IMG/VR virus record: IMGVR_UViG_3300005290_000006 | Location: 1 to 64,000 of that record | Source of the DNA: an uncultured virus (IMG/VR IMGVR_UViG_3300005290_000006) | Lineage: Duplodnaviria; Heunggongvirae; Uroviricota; Caudoviricetes | DNA length: 64,000 nucleotides | Direction: 5' to 3' (one strand) | In this document: positions 1 through 9,183 of the stretch, piece by piece | Numbering within the stretch: the stretch's first letter is position 1 | Layout: each line of letters starts with the position of its first letter | The notes under the pieces: model-generated | Database searches by the model: none | Told to the model about the DNA's origin: nothing | The model's input: only the letters and a program-made list of their open reading frames with translations | Made by a program: the position numbers and the translations under genes

Positions 1-3000
1 CGGCAGCAGCCGGATCAGCTGGAGCTTGTTGTCCACCTGCTGCCGCTGCAAACTTCGCGGCCGCCTCAGGAGACTTGAACCCAGCATGAACGTGACCACC
101 CGTACCAAGGGCTGTCTTGCTCCGATACTCGTTGATAACCAAGAAGTCAGTGCGGGGTTGTAACCCAGCTTGCTGCAAGATCTGTGTAACGATCGCAGCC
201 GCTTGATCACTTCCTTGAACACCGTTGGTCAACGTGAAGTCTGCCGCCAGACCTTTAGGGTGAGCACCCTTGGATCCCTTGTTGACGTGGTAAGCATCAT
301 TCAAAGCAGTGAACACCTTGAAACCTGGTACTCGCTCTTGAATGATCCGGCACAGAGCCATCAGACCCGGATGAGCCTGACCACCTGCTACCGATTCAGC
401 AGACTTCAGACGAAGCCCACCTGCACCCGAGGCATTGGAGTTAACCAAGCCACCGCCCGCTTGCATCTCTGGTTGACTACCCCAGCCACCGCCACCTGCC
501 GGAGCAGGAGTGCCGTAACTGCCAGACGAACCACCCGCAGGGGATGGAACCAGAGAAGGCAGACTACCACCGCCACCCATCATTGGACCCGGTGCTGCAC
601 CGCCGCCACTTGGAGCCGATGCCGGAGCACCCGTACCCGCGGCACCACCAGAAGATCCACCGCCGTACATGCTACCGGCAGTTTGGCCCTCAGGAGCGGC
701 CGCTTCTTCAGCAGTACCCGTTGTGGTCGACAGCTCACCCTTTTGCAGTTGCTCCAAGTATTGCAGGTACAGCTGATACCGTTTCGGCATCCCTGGCAAC
801 TCGTTACCACCGTTCAGGCCTTTTGCTGCTTCACCAAAGTTACCGGTTTGGCTGATACTCCTCATCAGCTTACTGTTCTTGAAGAAGTTAACCGCAACCG
901 CTGCCATCACGTTAGGGTCTGTGGAAGCGAGTTCTGGATGGTTAACCAGGTCGATCCCCAATTCCTGCCCGATCTTGGCGTAGTTCGCTTTACCCGTCAG
1001 TTGAATGAAGCCACGTCCGCGGTACTTCCAACCGTCTCCTGGTTCACGGTTACCGATCGACGCGCCTTTACCCCCACCGTAAACAGTGTTAGCAATGGCC
1101 ACTTCACCCTGTTCAATCAGTTGACGGGCTTGGTTAACGTTCTTCACTTCCTTGAACATCGAAACCAAACGATTCGGGTCGGAGTACTTCAGGCTCTCAG
1201 TGGTGTTCTGATAACCACCCGACTCGTAGTTGGTCAACGCCAGTACTTCCGCAATCTCCCGTGGATCTGTAAAGCCTTGCTTAAGCATTTCCCGAATCAG
1301 GATCTGCTCAGCCAGTTTCCGTGGAACCTTAACCCCTTTCTCGTTCCCTTCCTGTGCCTTAACACCCGACATGTCCAAGTGGCTGGTATCAGTATCCCCA
1401 CCCAACGGCGTGAACCCGTACTTGTTGGAAGGCGTGGTGTAAACACCGTTCGCTCCGTACGTGTTACCGGTTGGACCACCACTTGTACTGAACTGCCCAC
1501 CGCCTGCAACATCACGACGGGTTTTGGCTTTCGACACATCGTCGATGTTAGCCGCTTCCTTCTGGTAGTCACCACCAACCTTGTGCGGGGATACAGTCTT
1601 CGCCCAAGTTTGTGCGTTGGTCTTACCGGCTTCCCCTTCAGGATCTTTCAAGCGGGCTTGTGTACTGGCTTCGCCCAACAGCTTCAGCATCCGGTCTACC
1701 TTGTCAGGCTTCTCCGACGATCGGCTATCTTTGAATGGCGAAGCACGTACAGTCCAGATCGAGAAGTCAAACCAGAGGGTTCCTTTACCTTTGGTTTCAG
1801 TCAGTGCTTTGGCGATCTCATACCGAGCCGTTGCCGACAAGGTTTTCCACACCACCGCAGGACGACCGCGACGATACTGCTTCATGGTGTTCATGTAGTT
1901 CGTCAGAACCGGCAAGAACCGGTCACGGAACCACAGACACCAATCGTCGGCTTGACCCTTATCTACACGGAAGGAATCTTTGAACAGGCCAAACAGATCA
2001 CCAATTTGCCCGGTGAACTCCATGGTCTCCCCACGGTCAGCAAACAACGGCTCACAGTAGCGCTCGAGTTTCAGCACCGCTTCGACACGCCAAGGAATAT
2101 CCTCGCTGTTACCGTAGCAGGCCACACGAACGGCGGTCATGAGATCCATTGCTTTGTTATCGGGCATCATGTCCTTGATGTAAATATCCCCGACAACCTT
2201 ACCAACCTTGTACGACGAGTTAAGCTGGGCGATGTCCTTATCGATCTGGCTAAGGCGAGTTGTAGCTTTGTCGATCTTGGCGATCTTGTCAGAGCTCTCG
2301 AAGAAACTCCGAGGGGCATCCACCTCTTTCTGGAGAGCAGCCTTTTCACGCTCCAGGGAGTCCTTCGTGCGGTTGACAGGAACATCAACAGCTTTCAGGT
2401 CCGCCGAATCAGTGTGACGATCAACGTACTCCTTCAGCTCCTTCAACAGGTTGTTAACACGGATGATCGTTTGCTTCTCAGGCAAGATCGGAGTGTCAGC
2501 GTCAATCTTCGCGACGACAGAGTACGGATACGGCTGTACACTGCCCAATGCTTGGTGGGCTTGTTTCGCCACCTTGTAAACGTCCTGCGACTTACCTTCG
2601 TCATACTCCTTCAAGGTTTTAATCTTGACGGCATCGAGGCAAGCCATGTACGTCAACAGCACTGGTTTGAAACGACCGTTGAACCAAGTAAATACGTCGC
2701 CGATTTCCTTGTTGTTCTTCGGATCCGTGACAAACATCTGGATCACTTCGTTAATCGGGCTTTCTTTCGAGAACGAGGCTCGAGCATTCCCAATGACGAC
2801 GTGATTCGTCAGCATCTCTTCCGCTTTCAGTACCTTCTTCGCCAAGTCGCCTTCCGGATCAGAGATACCGTATTGCGCCATACGAATTTCAAGCTGCTTA
2901 CCACCGCCGCGATTGATGTAACGATAGATACCATAACCGGCAGCACCCACCGCAATCGCCGCCAACACGTAAGGGTTCAACAGCAATGGAGCAGCCGCAA

Positions 3001-6000
3001 TCCCCGCATTGGCAATCCAACCTGCCGCAGCAGTCCCCGCCAACCAAGTACCCGCGCCCGCCACAGCAGTACCAGCCCCTGCGGCCAAAGCGCCAGCGCT
3101 TACGTCGACACCTACAGCACCCGCGACACCGGTAGCCAACTGATACGTACCCACGACGTTCGCCGCAGTACCAGCCGCACCCAAGACGCTTTCGGTTGCA
3201 GAACCTTCATCAACGATACCGGAGTCCATCAGGTAGTCGGTCGCCATCCCAACGGCCAGACCCGCGCCGATCGCTTTGCCACCGAACGCCATCTTCCCAC
3301 CGTTGGTGCGCGGAGGACGACCACCACGACGACCACGTCGACCGCCAGCGCCGCCGCCACTGAGGGTATCCATCAGACTACCACCAGCCTCAGTCAGGCT
3401 ACGCGTCTTGATCAGGGTGAAGATGCCCTTAGCCACTGCCGCAATACCAGTCGCCAGCATCGGCAACACCCGTAAGCCCAGCCCAGCAAACTTGAAGAGA
3501 GTCGTGAATCCACCCAGGAGAGTTCTGGTGAAGAACTTGCTAATCCCACCCATGATTCCCATGATCCCGCCGAAACCCATCTTCAGCAGGCCAAACAGAC
3601 CCATCGATTCTTTCTTCTTCTTGTCGCCTGGCTTCTCACCAAAGCCAAAGTTCTCAGCGATATGGATAATCGCATCTTTGACCATGCCTTCCTTTTTGTT
3701 TTTGGCTTGGACTTTCTTATCAGCCAGAGAGTTCAAGCGCCCCGCAGGTCCGTTGCTGGTGAGTTCCTCTTTCTTAGCCGCGATGGCTTCTTCCAGAGGG
3801 GACTTCTGTTTAACCGTGGCATTCTTCGGAACAGGCTTGTCGTCATCGACCGCAGCGACAGGCTCCTCGGAAGGTTGCTTAACCGGCACTGCCGCCTCAG
3901 TGGCTTCAGGAACTTCCGGTTCTCCCGATGGAATGTCGTAACCCCAGTGCTTCAACAGCAAGTGGTAGATACGATCTACAGCATTCACGATTGGTGTATA
4001 GTTGACACTGACCAGGTCTTTCGACTTGTCCACCACACCTCGCATGAACGGGTTAGCCTTGTCCTTGATCTTGCCAAGGAAGTCCAGACCCAAACGTCCC
4101 AGCTTCTTCGAACCTTCCTGAAGCTTGTTGACGCTCACACCCATCGAGGTGCGCAACCCACGGTCGTACTCTTCCTGAGTAATGATGATGTCGCCCTCAG
4201 GCGTGTACACCGGACCGTCGATCTCGTTCCAACCGTTGATGACTTCCAACTCACCCGATTCGTTGCGCTTGCAATAAGCACCCGATGCAAATCGTTTCCC
4301 AACGAGCACCGGAGAATCTTCCCCTTCTCTGTACACATCCATTTGGTAGAAACGGGTTTTCAAGGCTTCGCCCCAACGCTTAACCCGAGCAAACGGATCC
4401 AACGTCTTGTAGGCTTTCAACATCATGTCCCGCAGCTTGCTCAAACCAGAGATGAACACTTCCTTGTTCTCTTGGTTAAACAGCTTGCCCGCCAGACGAC
4501 GAGCACCGATGATGGTGTTGTTGGAGATGTCCTTAACGCTGCCTGTGATCTTGTCCCAGCTGTCGATGATGAACCCGGTCGTCATGTCCAGATAATCACC
4601 GCGAGTCAGCTTGTTCGCTTCCAGGATCGGTACATCAGACCCTTCTTCGTACAAGTCTTCATCAGCCTTGGCCGAACGCGCGGTAGTCAGGCTCTTCATT
4701 TTCATGTAGGCCGTTGCGACTGCCGCGCCACCCGCTAACAGTGCCGCCCCTTTCGGGTTGTACACCGCCAAGCCAGCCAGACCACCCAACAACCCACCCA
4801 GGATCAGCGGCTGGTTATCGAGGATCTTGTCCACGCCCCCATTAAACATGTCACGGAAAGAGGTAGCCTTCAGTTTATCAAGGATACTTTTCTTTTCCCG
4901 GGAGACTTCCTTCTCGTCACTGTCAGAAAGAGGCTTCTGTTCAGGGGGTTGACGCATCAGGATATCGGTCAGGATCTGATTACGGGTCCCAGCCAGCGTG
5001 AGAAGCGATTCAAGGCGCTCTGTCATCTTGTCCATGGCAGAGGTTACCGGGAGCAGATCAACCGCAGGACCAGCCTCTGGTGGACGATAGCCCGAGAAGT
5101 TCTTGCCCAACTGATCCATGCTGTCTTTCAAGCCGGTCATGCCGTTCAACGACTTGGTCAGCTCTTCCAGTCCATTCAGGTTCAATGGTTCTGGTGTTGG
5201 GATTTCAGGCCACTTAAACTCAGGATACGCTGGCCATTTGAACTCTGGGTAATCCGGCCACGCGAACGTAGGCGGAACCCCACCCGGAGGTGTACCCGGT
5301 CCACCAAATGCACGACTCGGCAACAACGGAGAATCCGGAGCATGTGGAACTGCCGTGGATTGATCGGGATTGTCGATGAACGAGCGCAGGGTTTTATCCG
5401 TCAACGATTTGTTCAGGTAATCTTGACCGTTCTCCGTGATGATCAGACCGGCCTCTTTCATGGAGTCGTAGTAACCGGCTGCCTTGAGGAGGTCGACCTT
5501 ATTCGTCAGGTCAGGTACAAAGGCTCCCAGAGACCGTGCAGACGACGCTACTTCGTTAGCCTTAGCACGACCAGCCTCGGTCGGTAGATAAGCCAGCATC
5601 TTGCCACGGTCAACGTCTGTCCCGGTATTGAACTGCTTGATGTGCTCATCGGTAATGCCGAACTGCGCTTGGATCATTTTCTTGATCTCAGCAGCAATCG
5701 CCGGTGGCACGTCGTGTTCTTTATCGGTGTGCAGGTAGTTGTAAGGACTGAAGCCCAATTGAGCATCGGTGTCTTGTGCCAAGCGATAGGCCAGCTCTTT
5801 CTTAGCCGCTGGGGTCAACGCGTTGTCACTGTCCAGTTGTTCAGCCAACCGAGTCGCCATGTCAGCCTGAGTACCGAACTGACGTTTGTCCAGCACTGTG
5901 TTAAGCGCAGTACTGATCTTCTGGTTGTGGTTGACGAACTTACCCTTGACGTAGTCGTAGGTGATTTCCCGCAGGTCATCATTACCAGTCCGGAATTTCT

Positions 6001-7537
6001 CCAGCGACAGGTGAATCTGACCGAGCAACCCTGGTAATACTTCATTCAACGTACGGTCCGAACGTTTGTTCCACAGCTGAGCATCGAAGCTATCTTCCAG
6101 CGTACGGCGCGCCATGCTGTAGCGAGTACCACCAGGACGGGACATGTTGTCAAACACACCCGCGATGGCTTTGTTACCCATCTTTTTCGCGTTGTGCAGA
6201 ATCGTCCACTCGAACTTCTTGAGAGGGGTTTGATCCGCAGGCAGCGTGTCGATGTACTCCTCGTAAGACTCCGCTTCATTAAAGGAGTGGCCGCCCTGGT
6301 AATACTTCGACATGGTGTTGGTCAGTTCTTCGGCGTTGCTCAAGCCGTAGGACGCGACGTTACCCAGGTCAGTGATACGGGCGTAGGCATCTTCAGCCCA
6401 CTTAGCCTGCGCAGGAAACTTCTTCTTGAAGCTCTGGAGGTATTGTTGAGCTTTGCCGGACTTGGCCATGCGAGGCAGGTTGTTGATGAAGATCCCCGCT
6501 GCCGCATTACCCAGCATGTTCCCCAGGTTGATGTCCATCCCTTCGGTCATCTCGGCTGCCATGCGCAGGCCACCGGTGACTTCGCTTACGTCACGACCAA
6601 AAGCCGAACGCGCATCCTTACCAAAGCGCTCATCGAGGAAACCAGCAATACCGCCGATCTTGTCCTTGACGGTGTTGAACACGGATTCCCGCACACTCTT
6701 GCGAACCGCCTGGGAGTGGGTGGTCTTCTCGTAGTCCGACTTTGCCGAGCTGACGTTAAGGTTCTTCAGTTCCGTGATGATGCGATGGTTAGCCGCTTCA
6801 GAGAACTTGTAGTACTTTGCCGACGTCAGGTAAGACCGCGTCATGATGTTCAGTTTCAAAGCATCATTACGAGCCTGCACACGACGTTGGTAGTCAACGA
6901 TTTGTTCCAACAGTTGGTTGGTGCGAACACCACTGTTGTTCATGGCGCCCAGGCGAGCCATGGTACGACCACCTACAGTCGCCATCATGTCGGTGATATT
7001 GCTACCGACACCCATCATGGTTTCACGTTCCAAGATGGAGTTGGCATCAGCGTGGGCTAAGGCTTCCTTCACATCTTCGTCAGTGGTATCCGCAATGCCT
7101 TCTTGGCTGTCACTGGAAGAACTTTCGGAACGTTCCCAATCGCTGAAATCCTTCTTGCTGAATTCAGAGAAAGCGTCGCCGATTCTATTAGGGGTTCCTT
7201 TGCTGAGCTTAGCCCCGGCCCGTCCTGCGAGGTATTGCAGATCCTTGACCGCCTCGTAAGAGTCGCCCTGGATCTCTTGCAACAATGCAGCTTTGCGACG
7301 GCTCAGGTCGGCCATCGTGGTGAAGGCCCCAAGGTAAGTGCGTGGCAACACCATCTTCAAGGTGTCGATTCGGGCGTCGGTGTCACCGACGGTCTTGTCA
7401 ACGAGGCCTTTCAGAAAACCAGAAGTGAACGAATTCAGGAAGCCTCGTTTGTCAGGAGCATCAAAATCACTGTCAAAATCCATGCTCCCTTCAAAGGGAT
7501 CGTCGCCCCATGAATCAAAATCATCATTAGCAGCCAT
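1..7537 (-). CDS. Giant virion tail-associated lytic / tape-measure-like protein (phiKZ gp181-like), >2512 aa, 3' end outside the window; GH19 and M15-type peptidase domains near the window edge
   Basis: ATG at 7537-7535 with a GGAG SD (MAANDDFDSWGDDPFEGSMDFD...). The track lists no stop-terminated ORF in this frame, and all long + strand shadow ORFs share its register. Manual translation shows GH19 motifs (LALTNYESGG..TESLKYS; GDGWKYRGRGFIQLTGKANY, about 880-1310), M15/LAS motifs (HPKGLAADF; GHVH, about 70-330) and a Gly/Ala hydrophobic tract (about 2920-3300). Divergent from the virion RNAP gene. Confidence 0.9.
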   Translation of the reverse strand, partial: MAANDDFDSWGDDPFEGSMDFDSDFDAPDKRGFLNSFTSGFLKGLVDKTVGDTDARIDTLKMVLPRTYLGAFTTMADLSRRKAALLQEIQGDSYEAVKDLQYLAGRAGAKLSKGTPNRIGDAFSEFSKKDFSDWERSESSSSDSQEGIADTTDEDVKEALAHADANSILERETMMGVGSNITDMMATVGGRTMARLGAMNNSGVRTNQLLEQIVDYQRRVQARNDALKLNIMTRSYLTSAKYYKFSEAANHRIITELKNLNVSSAKSDYEKTTHSQAVRKSVRESVFNTVKDKIGGIAGFLDERFGKDARSAFGRDVSEVTGGLRMAAEMTEGMDINLGNMLGNAAAGIFINNLPRMAKSGKAQQYLQSFKKKFPAQAKWAEDAYARITDLGNVASYGLSNAEELTNTMSKYYQGGHSFNEAESYEEYIDTLPADQTPLKKFEWTILHNAKKMGNKAIAGVFDNMSRPGGTRYSMARRTLEDSFDAQLWNKRSDRTLNEVLPGLLGQIHLSLEKFRTGNDDLREITYDYVKGKFVNHNQKISTALNTVLDKRQFGTQADMATRLAEQLDSDNALTPAAKKELAYRLAQDTDAQLGFSPYNYLHTDKEHDVPPAIAAEIKKMIQAQFGITDEHIKQFNTGTDVDRGKMLAYLPTEAGRAKANEVASSARSLGAFVPDLTNKVDLLKAAGYYDSMKEAGLIITENGQDYLNKSLTDKTLRSFIDNPDQSTAVPHAPDSPLLPSRAFGGPGTPPGGVPPTFAWPDYPEFKWPAYPEFKWPEIPTPEPLNLNGLEELTKSLNGMTGLKDSMDQLGKNFSGYRPPEAGPAVDLLPVTSAMDKMTERLESLLTLAGTRNQILTDILMRQPPEQKPLSDSDEKEVSREKKSILDKLKATSFRDMFNGGVDKILDNQPLILGGLLGGLAGLAVYNPKGAALLAGGAAVATAYMKMKSLTTARSAKADEDLYEEGSDVPILEANKLTRGDYLDMTTGFIIDSWDKITGSVKDISNNTIIGARRLAGKLFNQENKEVFISGLSKLRDMMLKAYKTLDPFARVKRWGEALKTRFYQMDVYREGEDSPVLVGKRFASGAYCKRNESGELEVINGWNEIDGPVYTPEGDIIITQEEYDRGLRTSMGVSVNKLQEGSKKLGRLGLDFLGKIKDKANPFMRGVVDKSKDLVSVNYTPIVNAVDRIYHLLLKHWGYDIPSGEPEVPEATEAAVPVKQPSEEPVAAVDDDKPVPKNATVKQKSPLEEAIAAKKEELTSNGPAGRLNSLADKKVQAKNKKEGMVKDAIIHIAENFGFGEKPGDKKKKESMGLFGLLKMGFGGIMGIMGGISKFFTRTLLGGFTTLFKFAGLGLRVLPMLATGIAAVAKGIFTLIKTRSLTEAGGSLMDTLSGGGAGGRRGRRGGRPPRTNGGKMAFGGKAIGAGLAVGMATDYLMDSGIVDEGSATESVLGAAGTAANVVGTYQLATGVAGAVGVDVSAGALAAGAGTAVAGAGTWLAGTAAAGWIANAGIAAAPLLLNPYVLAAIAVGAAGYGIYRYINRGGGKQLEIRMAQYGISDPEGDLAKKVLKAEEMLTNHVVIGNARASFSKESPINEVIQMFVTDPKNNKEIGDVFTWFNGRFKPVLLTYMACLDAVKIKTLKEYDEGKSQDVYKVAKQAHQALGSVQPYPYSVVAKIDADTPILPEKQTIIRVNNLLKELKEYVDRHTDSADLKAVDVPVNRTKDSLEREKAALQKEVDAPRSFFESSDKIAKIDKATTRLSQIDKDIAQLNSSYKVGKVVGDIYIKDMMPDNKAMDLMTAVRVACYGNSEDIPWRVEAVLKLERYCEPLFADRGETMEFTGQIGDLFGLFKDSFRVDKGQADDWCLWFRDRFLPVLTNYMNTMKQYRRGRPAVVWKTLSATARYEIAKALTETKGKGTLWFDFSIWTVRASPFKDSRSSEKPDKVDRMLKLLGEASTQARLKDPEGEAGKTNAQTWAKTVSPHKVGGDYQKEAANIDDVSKAKTRRDVAGGGQFSTSGGPTGNTYGANGVYTTPSNKYGFTPLGGDTDTSHLDMSGVKAQEGNEKGVKVPRKLAEQILIREMLKQGFTDPREIAEVLALTNYESGGYQNTTESLKYSDPNRLVSMFKEVKNVNQARQLIEQGEVAIANTVYGGGKGASIGNREPGDGWKYRGRGFIQLTGKANYAKIGQELGIDLVNHPELASTDPNVMAAVAVNFFKNSKLMRSISQTGNFGEAAKGLNGGNELPGMPKRYQLYLQYLEQLQKGELSTTTGTAEEAAAPEGQTAGSMYGGGSSGGAAGTGAPASAPSGGGAAPGPMMGGGGSLPSLVPSPAGGSSGSYGTPAPAGGGGWGSQPEMQAGGGLVNSNASGAGGLRLKSAESVAGGQAHPGLMALCRIIQERVPGFKVFTALNDAYHVNKGSKGAHPKGLAADFTLTNGVQGSDQAAAIVTQILQQAGLQPRTDFLVINEYRSKTALGTGGHVHAGFKSPEAAAKFAAAAGGQQAPADPAAA

Positions 7538-7564
7538 GCTAACTCCTACTAAAGGGAAATTTGA

Positions 7565-9181
7565 ATGAAACCCACAAACCTTAAGCTGTTAGACCCCAAG
7601 TCTATCACGCCGGGTATCTTCAAAGAGGTTACGTCCACAGACGCCTTTGAAGGCATGACCCAGAATTTGAATGACGAGGGTCTTTACTCCTTAGAGATCT
7701 TCGGTAAGTTGGGCAGTAAAGAGCGCGATAAAACAGAAGCGTTCATTGACACAAAGCTCGGGCTCTTCAACCCAACCTACTTCAAAGCACTGACACAAAT
7801 AAAATCTCTGTACCTGGGCATTCTCAAAGGAACGGAATACGCGGTGTGGGATTCGGAGGCTAAAGATTTCATAAAATCCAACATCCTCGATGGGGAAACG
7901 GGTTTTGCTTTCTTTATGCGTCACTTCCACGAAATCGTTCCGGCCAGCACCGATTCTTACAAACGTAAGCAACGGGTGAAAATGGTCAGCCAGTTCAAGG
8001 ACGTTGCGGTCAGTAATAAGGTGTTGGTGATCCCAGCGGGTTTGCGGGATATCCAGTTCCAACCGAACGGCGCACCGACTGAGCCAGAAATCACTGAGTT
8101 GTATCGCAAGCTGATCTTTAAGACTCGGGTGATTAGCCTGGGTAGTGCTCGTGATGCCGAGAACCCGCTGTACGACAACGTGCGCTGGGGCTTGCAGAAT
8201 GCGTTCAACGATATCGATGCTTACCTCTTCGGCCTGACTGAAGGTAAAGGTGGTCTGTTTCAGCGTCGTCTGTCCACTCGGGGTGTGGTGTCGGGTACGC
8301 GTAACGTTATTACTGCGCGTAAGGTTTCCCGGGCTGACTTGTTCAAGACCAACGGGGTTAACCCTAACTCGACGGACATCGGTCTGTACCAAGCGCTGTT
8401 GAACAACCAGTACGTCTGTGTCCATGCGCTGCTCAGCAAGTACCTGCAAAACATCTTCACCTCAGGCTCGCTGACCATCAAGCTGGTGAACACCAAGACC
8501 CTCGAATACGAGTACGTCGAAGTGGCACCAAGCACCGTGGAGAAGTGGTCGACCTTTACCGGGTTGAATAAACTCTTCAACGGCTTCTCGAACATCCACC
8601 TGCGCAACAAAGAGATCATCATCGACAAACACTACCTCGCTCTCGTTTATGACGACGGTGAAGACGTGTGTGTGTTGCATGACATCAACGATCTCCCAGA
8701 AGGCAAGGATCGGAAGTTCGTTAAACCCATCACGTACATGGAACTGTTCTACCTGTCGTGTCAATCGACCATCATGGAGCAAATCACCCAGCAGACACGT
8801 TATCCGATCATTGGTATCGGCTCTATCGTTCCGGCGAAGGTGAACCTGGTGACGATTGCGGGGGCTAAGCCTCGGACCATTCGCACCACGGAATGGGAAG
8901 TCATGGAAACCTGTATGCGGTATCCGCATCGGACTGAGCGGCCGGATTATTTCGACGCCATGTCGGTTGACCCTTCCCGTGAAGCAGGCTACGACTCCGA
9001 CCACGACGGTGACCAGCTGAACAGCAACAGCGTAAACGCCGAGGACAGTAAGAACGAAGTTCATGCCCTCTTTGGCAAGCGCGAGTACTACATCAGTGGC
9101 AGTGGTCGTTTCCTTTATGACCCTGTTAACGAACCGATTCTGTTTATGTTGAAGGCTGCTACGAGTGGCCTTGAGGAGTAA
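7565..9181 (+). CDS. Virion RNA polymerase beta' subunit with catalytic DxDGD (phiKZ gp180-like)
   Basis: N-terminal EGLYSLEIFG, VIPAGLRD, TRNVITA, RYP and YDSDHDGD (8990-9013) motifs; synteny with the gp181-like and gp178-like genes. Confidence 0.9.
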   Translation: MKPTNLKLLDPKSITPGIFKEVTSTDAFEGMTQNLNDEGLYSLEIFGKLGSKERDKTEAFIDTKLGLFNPTYFKALTQIKSLYLGILKGTEYAVWDSEAKDFIKSNILDGETGFAFFMRHFHEIVPASTDSYKRKQRVKMVSQFKDVAVSNKVLVIPAGLRDIQFQPNGAPTEPEITELYRKLIFKTRVISLGSARDAENPLYDNVRWGLQNAFNDIDAYLFGLTEGKGGLFQRRLSTRGVVSGTRNVITARKVSRADLFKTNGVNPNSTDIGLYQALLNNQYVCVHALLSKYLQNIFTSGSLTIKLVNTKTLEYEYVEVAPSTVEKWSTFTGLNKLFNGFSNIHLRNKEIIIDKHYLALVYDDGEDVCVLHDINDLPEGKDRKFVKPITYMELFYLSCQSTIMEQITQQTRYPIIGIGSIVPAKVNLVTIAGAKPRTIRTTEWEVMETCMRYPHRTERPDYFDAMSVDPSREAGYDSDHDGDQLNSNSVNAEDSKNEVHALFGKREYYISGSGRFLYDPVNEPILFMLKAATSGLEE

Positions 9182-9183
9182 CA

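Noticed and set aside
170..7513. Long + strand ORFs (1101, 358, 288 and 212 aa, etc.)
   Set aside because: Antisense shadows in the same codon register as the real minus-strand giant gene; no SD sequences and no recognisable domains.
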